In this document: positions 16,225-24,550 of the stretch, in pieces
How positions within the stretch are numbered: position 1 is the first letter of the stretch
Layout of the letters: the number at the start of each line of letters is the position of its first letter
Translations under genes and position numbers: made by a program
Notes under the pieces: generated by a model
What the model was told of the DNA's origin: nothing
The model's database searches: none
Seen by the model: only the letters and a program-made list of their open reading frames with translations
Assembly: GCA_041498975.1 (NCBI GenBank)
Contig: JBGQJI010000023.1
Location: 1 to 26,008, forward strand
Direction: 5' to 3'
Length of the DNA stretch: 26,008 bases
Source of the DNA: Candidatus Methylomirabilis sp.
GTDB taxonomy: Bacteria > Methylomirabilota > Methylomirabilia > Methylomirabilales > Methylomirabilaceae

Positions 16225-18134
16225 GCGACGAGACCTTCTACCTCACCACCCCGATCTACTACGTCAACGCTACTCCGCATCTGGGCCACGCCTACACCAC
16301 CATCCTGGCCGACACGATGGCCCGCTTTCAGAAGCTTCGGCTCGGGCCTGATCGGGTCTATTTCCTCACCGGCACAGACGAACACGGGGACAAGATCGCC
16401 CAGGCGGCCGCAAGGGCCGGCGAAAGCCCGCAGGTCTATGCCGACCGGATCAGCGGCATCTTTCAGGAGACCTGGAAGCGCCTGGGGCTGACGCCCAACC
16501 AGTTCATCCGCACCACAAGTACCCCCCACAAGCAGGCCGTCCAGCGGTTCCTGCAGCAGATCTACGACTCCGGCGATATCTACTTCGGGGAGTACGGCGG
16601 CCACTACTGCTTCGGCTGCGAGCGTTTCTACACCGAGAAAGAGCTTGAGGACGGGCGGTGCCCCGATCACCAGAAGGAGCCGACCTTCATCAAGGAGGAG
16701 AACTACTTCTTCCGGATGGGGAAGTATCAGCAGTGGCTGATCGACTACATTCACGGAAATCCCGACTTCATCCGCCCCGAGCGATATAAGAACGAGGTCC
16801 TGGCCTTCCTGAAGGATCCGCTGGAAGACCTCTGTATCTCACGGCCTCGGGCGCGTCTGACGTGGGGGATCTCGCTCCCGTTCGACGAGCAGTTTGTCAC
16901 GTATGTCTGGTTCGATGCCCTCATCAACTATATTTCGGCTCTGGGCTGGCCTGACGGTGAAGATTTCCGGTGTTTCTGGCCGGCCGCCCAACATCTGATC
17001 GCCAAAGACATCCTCAAACCCCACGCCATCTACTGGCCCACCATGCTGAAGGCGGCGGGGATTCAGCCGTTCCGGCACTTGAACGTCCACGGCTATTGGA
17101 AGATCGAAGAGTCCAAGATGTCCAAGAGTCTGGGCAAAGTCGTTCTGCCCCTTGACCTGGCCGACAGGTACGGGGTCGATGCCTTTCGCTACTTCCTGCT
17201 GCGGGAGATGACGTTCGGCCTGGATGCGAGCTTCAGCGAGGATGCGCTCGTGGCCAGGCTGAACGCGGATCTGGCCAATGACCTTGGGAACCTCTACAGC
17301 CGTGTCCTGAAGCTGATTCAGCAATACTACGCCGGGAAAATCTCCGAGTGGCCCGACGAAGGGGAACTTTCTGAGGCAAGCCGCGTCACCGCCGGGGAGG
17401 TGACGGCAGCGATGGAGCGGTTCGCGTTCAGCGACGCGCTGGGGGCCATCTGGACTCTGGTCTCGGCGACGAACAAGTACCTGGTGACCCACGAGCCATG
17501 GAAGCGGGAGCCGACGGACGCCCGGACGCAGACTGTCCTCTTTACCGCAGCCGAGACGGTGCATAAGATCGCCGTTCTCCTTCTTCCGTTCCTCCCTCAG
17601 ACGGCAGATCGCATGCTCCGAGGTCTTGACATCGACGCGCCCCTCCCGTCGGTCCGCCTGGAGGACGCGCTCCGGCCTGGATCACGCGGCCCCGCGCGCG
17701 AAACGCAAGTAAAGGAGGTGCCGGCCCTATTTCCCCGTATCCAGGTGGCCGCCCGGAAACCTCCCAAGGAGGCGAAGAGAACGGCTGCCATGCCGGAGAC
17801 CCTGCCGGAACAGATCACGATCGAAGAGTTTCGGCACATCGACCTTCGGGTTGCCGATGTCATCGAAGCCTCTGCGGTCCCGGGCTCCAAGAAGCTGGTC
17901 CGGCTGCGGGTCAAGCTCAAAGACGAAGAGCGAACGGTCGTGGCCGGACTTCGGGAACAGTACCCGCTGGAAAGCTGGTCTGGTAAACGGGTCATCCTTG
18001 TCGCCAACCTGAAGCCGACAACCCTGATGGGCATCCCTTCCCAGGGGATGGTCCTCGCCGCCGAGGACGATGAGGGAAGGATCGTTCTCCTGACGCCCGA
18101 ACAGCCGATCGCTCCCGGTTCCAAGGTCCGCTAG
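16221..18134 (+). CDS. metG: Methionine--tRNA ligase with C-terminal tRNA-binding domain
   Basis: FYLTTPIYYVN, HLGH, GTDEHG, YVWFDAL, KMSKS. The ATG overlaps the upstream stop (ATGA). Confidence 0.97.
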   Translation: MSDETFYLTTPIYYVNATPHLGHAYTTILADTMARFQKLRLGPDRVYFLTGTDEHGDKIAQAAARAGESPQVYADRISGIFQETWKRLGLTPNQFIRTTSTPHKQAVQRFLQQIYDSGDIYFGEYGGHYCFGCERFYTEKELEDGRCPDHQKEPTFIKEENYFFRMGKYQQWLIDYIHGNPDFIRPERYKNEVLAFLKDPLEDLCISRPRARLTWGISLPFDEQFVTYVWFDALINYISALGWPDGEDFRCFWPAAQHLIAKDILKPHAIYWPTMLKAAGIQPFRHLNVHGYWKIEESKMSKSLGKVVLPLDLADRYGVDAFRYFLLREMTFGLDASFSEDALVARLNADLANDLGNLYSRVLKLIQQYYAGKISEWPDEGELSEASRVTAGEVTAAMERFAFSDALGAIWTLVSATNKYLVTHEPWKREPTDARTQTVLFTAAETVHKIAVLLLPFLPQTADRMLRGLDIDAPLPSVRLEDALRPGSRGPARETQVKEVPALFPRIQVAARKPPKEAKRTAAMPETLPEQITIEEFRHIDLRVADVIEASAVPGSKKLVRLRVKLKDEERTVVAGLREQYPLESWSGKRVILVANLKPTTLMGIPSQGMVLAAEDDEGRIVLLTPEQPIAPGSKVR

Positions 18135-18137
18135 TGG

Positions 18138-18275
18138 CGGTCCAATAAACCTCGCCTAGCAGCGTTGCTGGCACCCGGGGCACTCCCTGCGACGTACCTG
18201 GGAACGTACGCCGGGTACCCGCGAAGTGGGTGCGGCCCCGGGTGCCGCGCCTTGCTATGCTCGTTTCTTGGACCG
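18138..18275. repeat. Long imperfect palindromic intergenic element
   Basis: CGGTCCAA (18138) pairs with TTGGACCG (18268-18275); GGCACCCGGGGC (18170-18181) pairs with GCCCCGGGTGCC (18235-18246). Confidence 0.7.
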
Positions 18276-18317
18276 GCAAAGATGTAAATCAACCCTAGGG
18301 CCGAGATAACTGTTGGA

Positions 18318-19094
18318 ATGGAATTGATGTTCATCGATACTCACGCCCATATCCAGATGCCGGAATTTGATGGCGATCGAGACGAGGTCCTGGCGCGTGC
18401 GAAGGATGCCGGGATCGGATTGATGCTTACGGTCGGCTATCATCTCGATGCCAGCCGAGCAGCGGTGGAGGCGGCGCAACTCTACCCTCAGGCCTATGCC
18501 AGCGTCGGCGTGCATCCCCATGACGCCAAGCACTACGACGACAGAACCGATGAGACCCTTCGGGAGCTGTCGAAGAGCCAGAAGGTCGTGGCGATCGGCG
18601 AGGCCGGCCTCGATTTCTATCGCGACCGCTCCCCGCGCCCAGCACAGACGGAGGCCTTTCGCCGCCAGATCCGCCTCGCCAAGGAGCGGGACCTGCCACT
18701 CATCGTCCACGATCGTGACGCGCATCGAGAGACGATGCAGGTCTTGCAGGAAGAACAGGCCGATGCGGTGGTCCTGCACTGCTTCTCCGGCGACCTGGTC
18801 CTGGCGGAGGAGGCATGGGCCAGGGGCTACTACACCTCGATCGCCGGACCCGTGACCTATCCGAAGAACGAGGGTCTTCGGGAGGTCGTGCGTAAGGCCA
18901 GAGTGGATCGTCTTGTCCTGGAGACCGACTGTCCCTACCTACCTCCGCAAGCTGTCCGGGGTCAGCGGAACGAACCAGGGCATCTCCTCCATACCGCCCT
19001 TGAGGTGGCCCGCATCCTGGGAATGCCCCTGGACGAGGTGGGTCGCCTCACCACCGAGAATGCCCGCCGGCTGTTTCGACTTCCACCGTTCTGA
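18318..19094 (+). CDS. tatD: TatD-family hydrolase
   Basis: IDTHAH, GVHPH, AIGEAGLD, VHDRDA, VLHCFSG, LETDCPYL, RNEP. Start may be 18327. Confidence 0.95.
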   Translation: MELMFIDTHAHIQMPEFDGDRDEVLARAKDAGIGLMLTVGYHLDASRAAVEAAQLYPQAYASVGVHPHDAKHYDDRTDETLRELSKSQKVVAIGEAGLDFYRDRSPRPAQTEAFRRQIRLAKERDLPLIVHDRDAHRETMQVLQEEQADAVVLHCFSGDLVLAEEAWARGYYTSIAGPVTYPKNEGLREVVRKARVDRLVLETDCPYLPPQAVRGQRNEPGHLLHTALEVARILGMPLDEVGRLTTENARRLFRLPPF

Positions 19095-19179
19095 TAACAA
19101 CCAGCCGCTCTCCTGGCAGCTTGCGGGGCAGGGTCCAAGCGGCTGTCCCGATTCCTGGCGTCAGGAATGAAAATTTTCC

Positions 19180-19207
19180 TTGACAATTATTTCACAATCC
19201 TTAGAAT
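19180..19207 (+). promoter_or_regulatory. Near-consensus sigma70 promoter
   Basis: TTGACA-16 nt-TAGAAT in an AT-rich context. Confidence 0.7.
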
Positions 19208-19422
19208 AACGCGTCGGATCACCACGGCCCACCGAAGCTGTTAGCCCACCAGGCTCTTCCTTCGGTATTGCCGAACAAGCCCAATTCAGATCCCTAATGC
19301 CAGGTTGAGGGTATATTTTCGCCTGCAGGGCGACGGGAATATTTGTGTGTGCTGGCGGCTGAAAGCGTGGTCCGGAGAAGACGAAGAATCACAAATACCT
19401 GTGAAAGGAGGGAGAAACCGAT

Positions 19423-19599
19423 ATGGCGGAGGAGACGAAGGGAGCTAAGCTCGCCAGCCGCAACAAGGTGCAGACGACCAAGAAGGCCGGTCAGTGCACC
19501 TGCGGCGGCGACATGTTCTGGAGCATGGTCTTCAACCCACGCGGCCGCATGATGCGAGTCTGCGAGAAGTGCGGCACGGCCGTACCGAAGGTGGGCTAG
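19423..19599 (+). CDS. 58-aa zinc-ribbon-like small protein (below the ORF-track cutoff)
   Basis: MAEETKGAKLASRNKVQTTKKAGQCTCGGDMFWSMVFNPRGRMMRVCEKCGTAVPKVG. AAAGGAGG RBS, own promoter and terminator. Confidence 0.8.
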   Translation: MAEETKGAKLASRNKVQTTKKAGQCTCGGDMFWSMVFNPRGRMMRVCEKCGTAVPKVG

Positions 19600-19631
19600 G
19601 CACCCCACCGGGGAGCTACTCGAGAAGATAG

Positions 19632-19670
19632 GGCCCCTCGGCAGTGCGCCGAGGGGCCTTGCTCATTTTT
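19632..19670 (+). terminator. Intrinsic terminator
   Basis: GGCCCCTCGGC-AGTGC-GCCGAGGGGCC then TTGCTCATTTTT. Confidence 0.75.
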
Positions 19671-19783
19671 GGTTGAGCTGTTCCGCTTCTGAGGTGGTGC
19701 GGGGGGCAAGTGAGCGTTCAGATTCCAAGGATCTCTCTCGGACCGTTGGTCGTCCGCGAATGTGAACGCTCACGGCCCCGCCA

Positions 19784-20182
19784 TTATGCGGCGACGATCG
19801 GGATCCCTGATGAGAGGGTTCGGTGGACCGGGCATCGCTCGATGATACTCTCCAATCGGCTGCGCTGTTCGGCGGTGAGATCTCCGATCAGCTCGACGGC
19901 CTGAACAAACCGTTGCCCCTCGCTACCGTCCAATCCTGAGGGGCCAGGCTCGTAGCGAACCGTCACCTTCACGTCCTTCAGCGGCCATCCTTTCCGCTGC
20001 GCATACATGCGCAGTGTGATTGCGGTTCAGGCCCCCAGCCCCGCCGCCAGCAGGTTGAAAGGGTTGGGCCCGGCATCCTCCCCTCCCAGCTCCGGCCCCT
20101 CGTCGGCCATCAAGCGATGGGGGCCAATCACGATCTCTTGCTTTAACCCGCCGCCCGACTGTATCATCGCTTCGCGTCTCAT
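19784..20182 (-). CDS. OsmC-family protein, probable selenoprotein (Sec52)
   Basis: GGAGG RBS and ATG at 20182. MRREAMIQ...HRLMADEG...[38 protein letters not shown]...[11 protein letters not shown]. The in-frame TGA at 20027-20029 occupies the conserved Cys position. Confidence 0.9.
19994..20025 (-). promoter_or_regulatory. Bacterial SECIS-like hairpin
   Basis: mRNA after the UGA: a-CCG-caaucaca-CUGCGCA-UGUA-UGCGCAG-CGG. There are 19 nt between the UGA and the apical loop, which has G in its second position. Confidence 0.75.
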
Positions 20183-20561
20183 CGTTTCCTCCGGGCACAC
20201 TTCAGCCCGAGGTGTGCCCCTCAGGCCGCTGGTTAGTGACGATCACGTCGTGCTATTCGCTGCAGCGCTGGTGAGGAGTGAACCGATCGTCATCTCCGTC
20301 AGGATAGCCACTTTTCGTTTCGCTTGCCACCATTTTCCGAGCCTATTGCGCCTCCGGGAATTGAGATGAGCGTCGCGATCGGATACAGGCCGCATTGCAG
20401 GTGCCATGTGCAAGGAGAAATTGCTTGGCAGGCAGCGGTGTGGAAAGTATCATAAGTAAGAAATCGGATCATGACAGAAGGATGGCCGTGGGGTAAGGTA
20501 TTGCTTGAGTTGAGCCGCATGGCTGCCCAGATTTCTCCTCTCCTTTGTAAGGGGAGGTTGG

Positions 20562-21491
20562 GTGGGGTTGAGCAGAGCGCTAATGACTACCGGCGCAGCG
20601 TTGACTGAGCGCCTGTCTCGAGAGGTCCTCATCATGGACGGTGGAATGGGGACGCTTCTGCAGACCAGGGGGCTGCCCCGAGGCTACCCGCCTGACCTCT
20701 GGTCATTCGAGCGGCCTGACGAGGTGCGGGAGCTTCATGAGGCATACATCGAGGCGGGCGCCGATATCGTCCTCACGAATACCTTTGGCGCGACCCGGCT
20801 GCGCCTTGATCCGTTCGGGTGGGGCGTGAAGGTGTTCGATCTGAACCGGGCTTCGGTCGACCTGGCGAAAGCGGCCGCCGAAGGCAAAGCTCTCGTGGCT
20901 GGGGATATCGGACCGTTGGCGCCCGATGGCGTGAAATCTCCCCGGCTTTCGCGGCAGGAGGCCATATCGGTCTTCACCGAGCAGGTTGAGGCTCTGATCT
21001 CCGGAGGCGTCGATCTTCTCGCTATCGAGACGATCTCCGACCTGGAGGAGATGGAGGCGGTTGTTGGCGCAGCAAAGTCGGTGGCTCCAGATGTGCCGAT
21101 CCTTGCGTTGCTGACGTTCACCACGGATGGGACGCTGCGAAGCGGGGAGGGGCCGGCGGCAGCCGCCCGCGCCCTGGAGGCGATGGGTGTCCAGGTTGTA
21201 GGCGCCAACTGCTCCTCCGGCTTCCAATCGCTCCTGCCGATCTGCGAAGAGATGGCTGCAGCGACCGCCCTGCCGGTCGCGATGAAGCCGAGCGCTGGAG
21301 TCCCGCCTACATCGCCGCCTTCGGCGGACGAGGTGGCGGAGTATGCACGACGGTTTGTCGAAGCAGGTGCGAACTTGGTGGGTGGCTGTTGCGGGGTTGG
21401 GCCGGCCATGCTTCGGGCCATCGCTCAGGCGGTCAAGGGGATGCCGCCGCTTAGGCATTCATCAGTGGCGTCTCCGTTTATAAACGGCTGA
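20562..21491 (+). CDS. Stand-alone homocysteine S-methyltransferase domain (MetH N-terminal-like)
   Basis: IMDGGMGT, AGADIVLTNTFG, VAGDIGP, GVDLLAIET, GANCS, VGGCCG. True start probably 20583 or 20601. Confidence 0.88.
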   Translation: MGLSRALMTTGAALTERLSREVLIMDGGMGTLLQTRGLPRGYPPDLWSFERPDEVRELHEAYIEAGADIVLTNTFGATRLRLDPFGWGVKVFDLNRASVDLAKAAAEGKALVAGDIGPLAPDGVKSPRLSRQEAISVFTEQVEALISGGVDLLAIETISDLEEMEAVVGAAKSVAPDVPILALLTFTTDGTLRSGEGPAAAARALEAMGVQVVGANCSSGFQSLLPICEEMAAATALPVAMKPSAGVPPTSPPSADEVAEYARRFVEAGANLVGGCCGVGPAMLRAIAQAVKGMPPLRHSSVASPFING

Positions 21492-21521
21492 TCATCCTAC
21501 TAACTTCTCTCGGAGGGAGAC

Positions 21522-22508
21522 ATGGAGTTGTTGCTCGCGAATCATAGCAGCTACCCACGGATAGGGGATGCGGCGGGCCAGCAGCGGCTCCGCCGCGCCT
21601 ATGCGCAACACGAGCGAGGGGAGATTACGGCGCAGGAGTTTGAGAAAATCCAGACGTCGATGATTCAGGAGATCGTTCAGGAGCAGGCCTCGGCCGGATT
21701 CGATCTGGTGACCGATGGGCAGATCCGCTGGTACGATCCGATCTCTCATTTCGCCGGACGGCTCGATGGAGTGAAGATCAACGGCCTCCTCCGCTTCTTC
21801 GACACGAACTTCTACATCCGCCAGCCGGTGGTGGTCGATCGAATCTCCTGGAAGGGGCCGATCCTTGTCGAAGAGTACCGTTCCGCCCAGGCGGTCTCGC
21901 CCAAGCCGGTCAAGGTGACCCTGACGGGGCCGTACACGCTGGGCCGGTTTTCGATCCTAGAGAGCTCACGCTACCGCGATCTTCCGGAGCTGGTGGCCGA
22001 CTACACCGAAGCCCTGATGAAGGAGGTGGAAGCCCTGGTGGGCGCCGGCGCAGCCCTGATCCAGGTAGATGAGCCGTCGATGCTTCACCATCCGGGGGAT
22101 GCGGGACTCGTCAAAGTGGCGCTGACCAGGATCGAAAGCCGCAAAGGTTCGGCCCGGCTGCTCCTCGCCACGTACTTCGGCGATGCGGCGCCGCTTTATG
22201 AGGTCCTCCAGGGATTTCCAGTCGATGCATTGGGATTCGATTTTACGTACAGCCATGGGCTCAGCGATCTGATCGCGCGGCTTGGCTCCGACAAGGCGAT
22301 CGCCTTCGGGCTGATCGACGGCCGCAACACGCGGATGGAGCGGACGGAGGAGGTCCTGCCCACGCTTCGCAAAGTGGCGCCGAAAGTCAAGGGCTCACCC
22401 TCCTACCTGACCTCCTCCTGCGGTTTGGAGTATCTACCGAGGGATAAAGCCCACCTCAAGCTGAAGCAGATGGCGGCCGTCAGGGCAGCATTCGCGGGGA
22501 GGGGATAG
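21522..22508 (+). CDS. Cobalamin-independent methionine synthase, N-terminal half (split MetE)
   Basis: SYPRIG, LRFFDTNFY, LTGPYT, QVDEP, TYFG, IDGRN. Lacks the HxC zinc ligands. Confidence 0.82.
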   Translation: MELLLANHSSYPRIGDAAGQQRLRRAYAQHERGEITAQEFEKIQTSMIQEIVQEQASAGFDLVTDGQIRWYDPISHFAGRLDGVKINGLLRFFDTNFYIRQPVVVDRISWKGPILVEEYRSAQAVSPKPVKVTLTGPYTLGRFSILESSRYRDLPELVADYTEALMKEVEALVGAGAALIQVDEPSMLHHPGDAGLVKVALTRIESRKGSARLLLATYFGDAAPLYEVLQGFPVDALGFDFTYSHGLSDLIARLGSDKAIAFGLIDGRNTRMERTEEVLPTLRKVAPKVKGSPSYLTSSCGLEYLPRDKAHLKLKQMAAVRAAFAGRG

Positions 22509-22509
22509 G

Positions 22510-23517
22510 ATGAGCCGAACGAAGCTGAAGAGCCTGGGGATCGAGCTGCCGATCTTTCCGACCAGCACCGTCGGGAGTTTCCCGAAACCTGACTACCTGG
22601 TCGAGGCGCGGGCGAAGTTCGCCAAGAAGAAGATCGAACGGAAGGAACTGGAGGACCTTGAGCGACAGGCCACGGCCTTCTGGATCAGGACCCAGGAGGA
22701 TATCGGGTTGGACGTGCTGGTGGACGGCGAGATGTACCGTGGCGATATGGTGGCCTATTTCTCGGAGCTGATGCCGGGCTTTGAGCAAAGCGGCCTCGTT
22801 CGCTCCTATGGCAATCGCTACTACCACAAACCGATCATTGTGGGCGAAGTAAAATGGCCGGGCTCGATGACCGTCGGCTGGTGGCGCTATGCCCAGGGTC
22901 TCACGAAGCGACCGGTGAAGGGGATGCTGACCGGTCCCTACACAGTCATGGACTGGTCGTTTAACGAGCACTATCCGGACCGGCGCTCGGCCTGTCTCGC
23001 CCTGGCGCGTGAGATCCGGCGTGAGGTCGAAGCGCTGGTGGAGGCGGGAGCGAAGATCGTCCAGATCGACGAACCCGCCCTCTCCGTGCGTCCGGAAGAG
23101 CTTCCATTTGCCATCGAGGCGATGCACATGGTCACCGATGGCCTGCCCGCCTACTTCATCATTCATGCCTGCTACGGCGCTTTTGACAAGATCTACTCCC
23201 AGATGCTGAAACTGCCGGTGGATAACCTCGACTTGGCGATCTCCCATAGCACGCTGAATCTGATGGAGATGTTCCGGCGGGACCCGTTCACCAAAGATCT
23301 GTCTGTTGGGGTCCTGGATGTCCACTCGCATGAGGTGGAGACGCCAGAGACGGTCAGGGCCAGGGTCGAGAAGGCGTTGCAGCTCCTGCCGAAGGAGTCG
23401 CTCTGGATCGACCCCGACTGCGGCCTGAAGACCAGGACGATCGACGAAGCGAAGGGCAAGCTGATTAATATGATGGCAGCGGTGAAGCGCTTGCGGGCAG
23501 AGGCCGGCGCCAACTAA
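22510..23517 (+). CDS. metE: Cobalamin-independent methionine synthase, catalytic C-terminal half
   Basis: PTSTVGSFP, DVLVDGEMYRGDMVAYF, VRSYG, PVKGMLTGP, QIDEPAL, IHACY, DPDCGLKTR. Confidence 0.9.
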   Translation: MSRTKLKSLGIELPIFPTSTVGSFPKPDYLVEARAKFAKKKIERKELEDLERQATAFWIRTQEDIGLDVLVDGEMYRGDMVAYFSELMPGFEQSGLVRSYGNRYYHKPIIVGEVKWPGSMTVGWWRYAQGLTKRPVKGMLTGPYTVMDWSFNEHYPDRRSACLALAREIRREVEALVEAGAKIVQIDEPALSVRPEELPFAIEAMHMVTDGLPAYFIIHACYGAFDKIYSQMLKLPVDNLDLAISHSTLNLMEMFRRDPFTKDLSVGVLDVHSHEVETPETVRARVEKALQLLPKESLWIDPDCGLKTRTIDEAKGKLINMMAAVKRLRAEAGAN

Positions 23518-23732
23518 CCCCGATCCGAAAATATCTAGTGGGATGAGTAGCGCAGCCGGCGGGTCCTGTCGCGGTGATCAGCCCCCGTCGTCCTCGCTCC
23601 ACCCATCCCCCAGTGGGGCCCTTACGCTGCGGGCCGGGTACCCGCGCCGGAGGCGTGGGTGGGCACCCGCTCACCGCGCCACCCGCTGTGTAGCCAGACA
23701 TTCGCAGTCCCGTTAATTTCGGATTGGGGCTA
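23515..23732. mobile_element. MITE-like element with terminal inverted repeats
   Basis: TAACCCCGATCCGAAAATA (23515-23533) matches the reverse complement of 23714-23732 at 16/19 positions. TA at both outer ends; internal IRs; no transposase. Confidence 0.65.
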
Positions 23733-23742
23733 AGAGGAAGAA

Positions 23743-24477
23743 ATGGAGCTTCGCGGCCGTGCAGCGTTGGTGACAGGTGCGGCGAGGCGTGTGGGCCAGG
23801 CGATCGCCCTCGCGATGGCCGATCGCGGCATGGATATCGCCGTCCACTACAACAGGAGCGCATCCGAGGCCCGAGCGACAGTCGAGGCGATAGAGCGTCT
23901 CGGTCGGCGGGCTGTGGCCGTCCAGGCCGATCTCGCACAGGAGGAGGAGGTCGAGGCGCTCGCCGACCGTGCGGTCCAGGCGTTCGGGAAGATCGACATC
24001 CTGGTGAATAGCGCCGCCCTCTTCTATAGGACGCCGCTAGAGAAGCTCACGGCTCAGGACTGGGAGCAGTTCCTTCGGGTGAACCTCACGGGGCCGTTCC
24101 TGTTGGCCAGGCGGTTTGGACTTCAGATGCGTCGCCGTGGGGAAGGGAAGATCGTCAACGTGGCCGATGTCGCCGGGATCGCGCCGTGGGCCGACTTCCT
24201 CCCGTATTCTGTCTCCAAGGGGGCGCTGATCACGCTGACCCATGGGCTGGCCAAGGCGCTGGCGCCCGAAGTGCAAGTCAATGCTGTGGCGCCTGGGACG
24301 GTGTTGCTGCCGGAGGAATACGGGGACAAGGAGCGCGAAGCGATCGTCAGGGCCACGCCCCTGAAGCGGATCGGCGACCCGACTGATGTCGCCAAGACAG
24401 TCCTCTTCCTTCTGGAAGGCTCGGACTTCATCACCGGTCAAGTGGTGGTGGTGGATGGGGGTCGGTCGCTTAAGTAA
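23743..24477 (+). CDS. SDR oxidoreductase, pteridine reductase/FolM-like
   Basis: TGAARRVG (PTR1/FolM-type cofactor motif), IAVHYNRS, LVNSA, YSVSK, VNAVAPG, VDGGR. Confidence 0.85.
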   Translation: MELRGRAALVTGAARRVGQAIALAMADRGMDIAVHYNRSASEARATVEAIERLGRRAVAVQADLAQEEEVEALADRAVQAFGKIDILVNSAALFYRTPLEKLTAQDWEQFLRVNLTGPFLLARRFGLQMRRRGEGKIVNVADVAGIAPWADFLPYSVSKGALITLTHGLAKALAPEVQVNAVAPGTVLLPEEYGDKEREAIVRATPLKRIGDPTDVAKTVLFLLEGSDFITGQVVVVDGGRSLK

Positions 24478-24550
24478 CCCCAGTTACCTCCATCCACTCC
24501 TCACGCTGGGGTGTATAGACCGGAGTCAAGGGTGAGGGGAGCAAGACGAT

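Noticed and set aside
19213..19380. 6S RNA
   Set aside because: The ends pair, but the interior looks multibranched rather than rod-and-bubble, and no terminator separates it from the downstream ORF.
19784..20182. OsmC pseudogene
   Set aside because: The stop is at exactly the conserved Cys, both flanks are intact and in frame, and a SECIS-like hairpin and selA are present.
20400..20561. SAM or cobalamin riboswitch upstream of the methionine genes
   Set aside because: No recognisable SAM-I or B12-box motifs; only a short REP-like hairpin at about 20535-20569.
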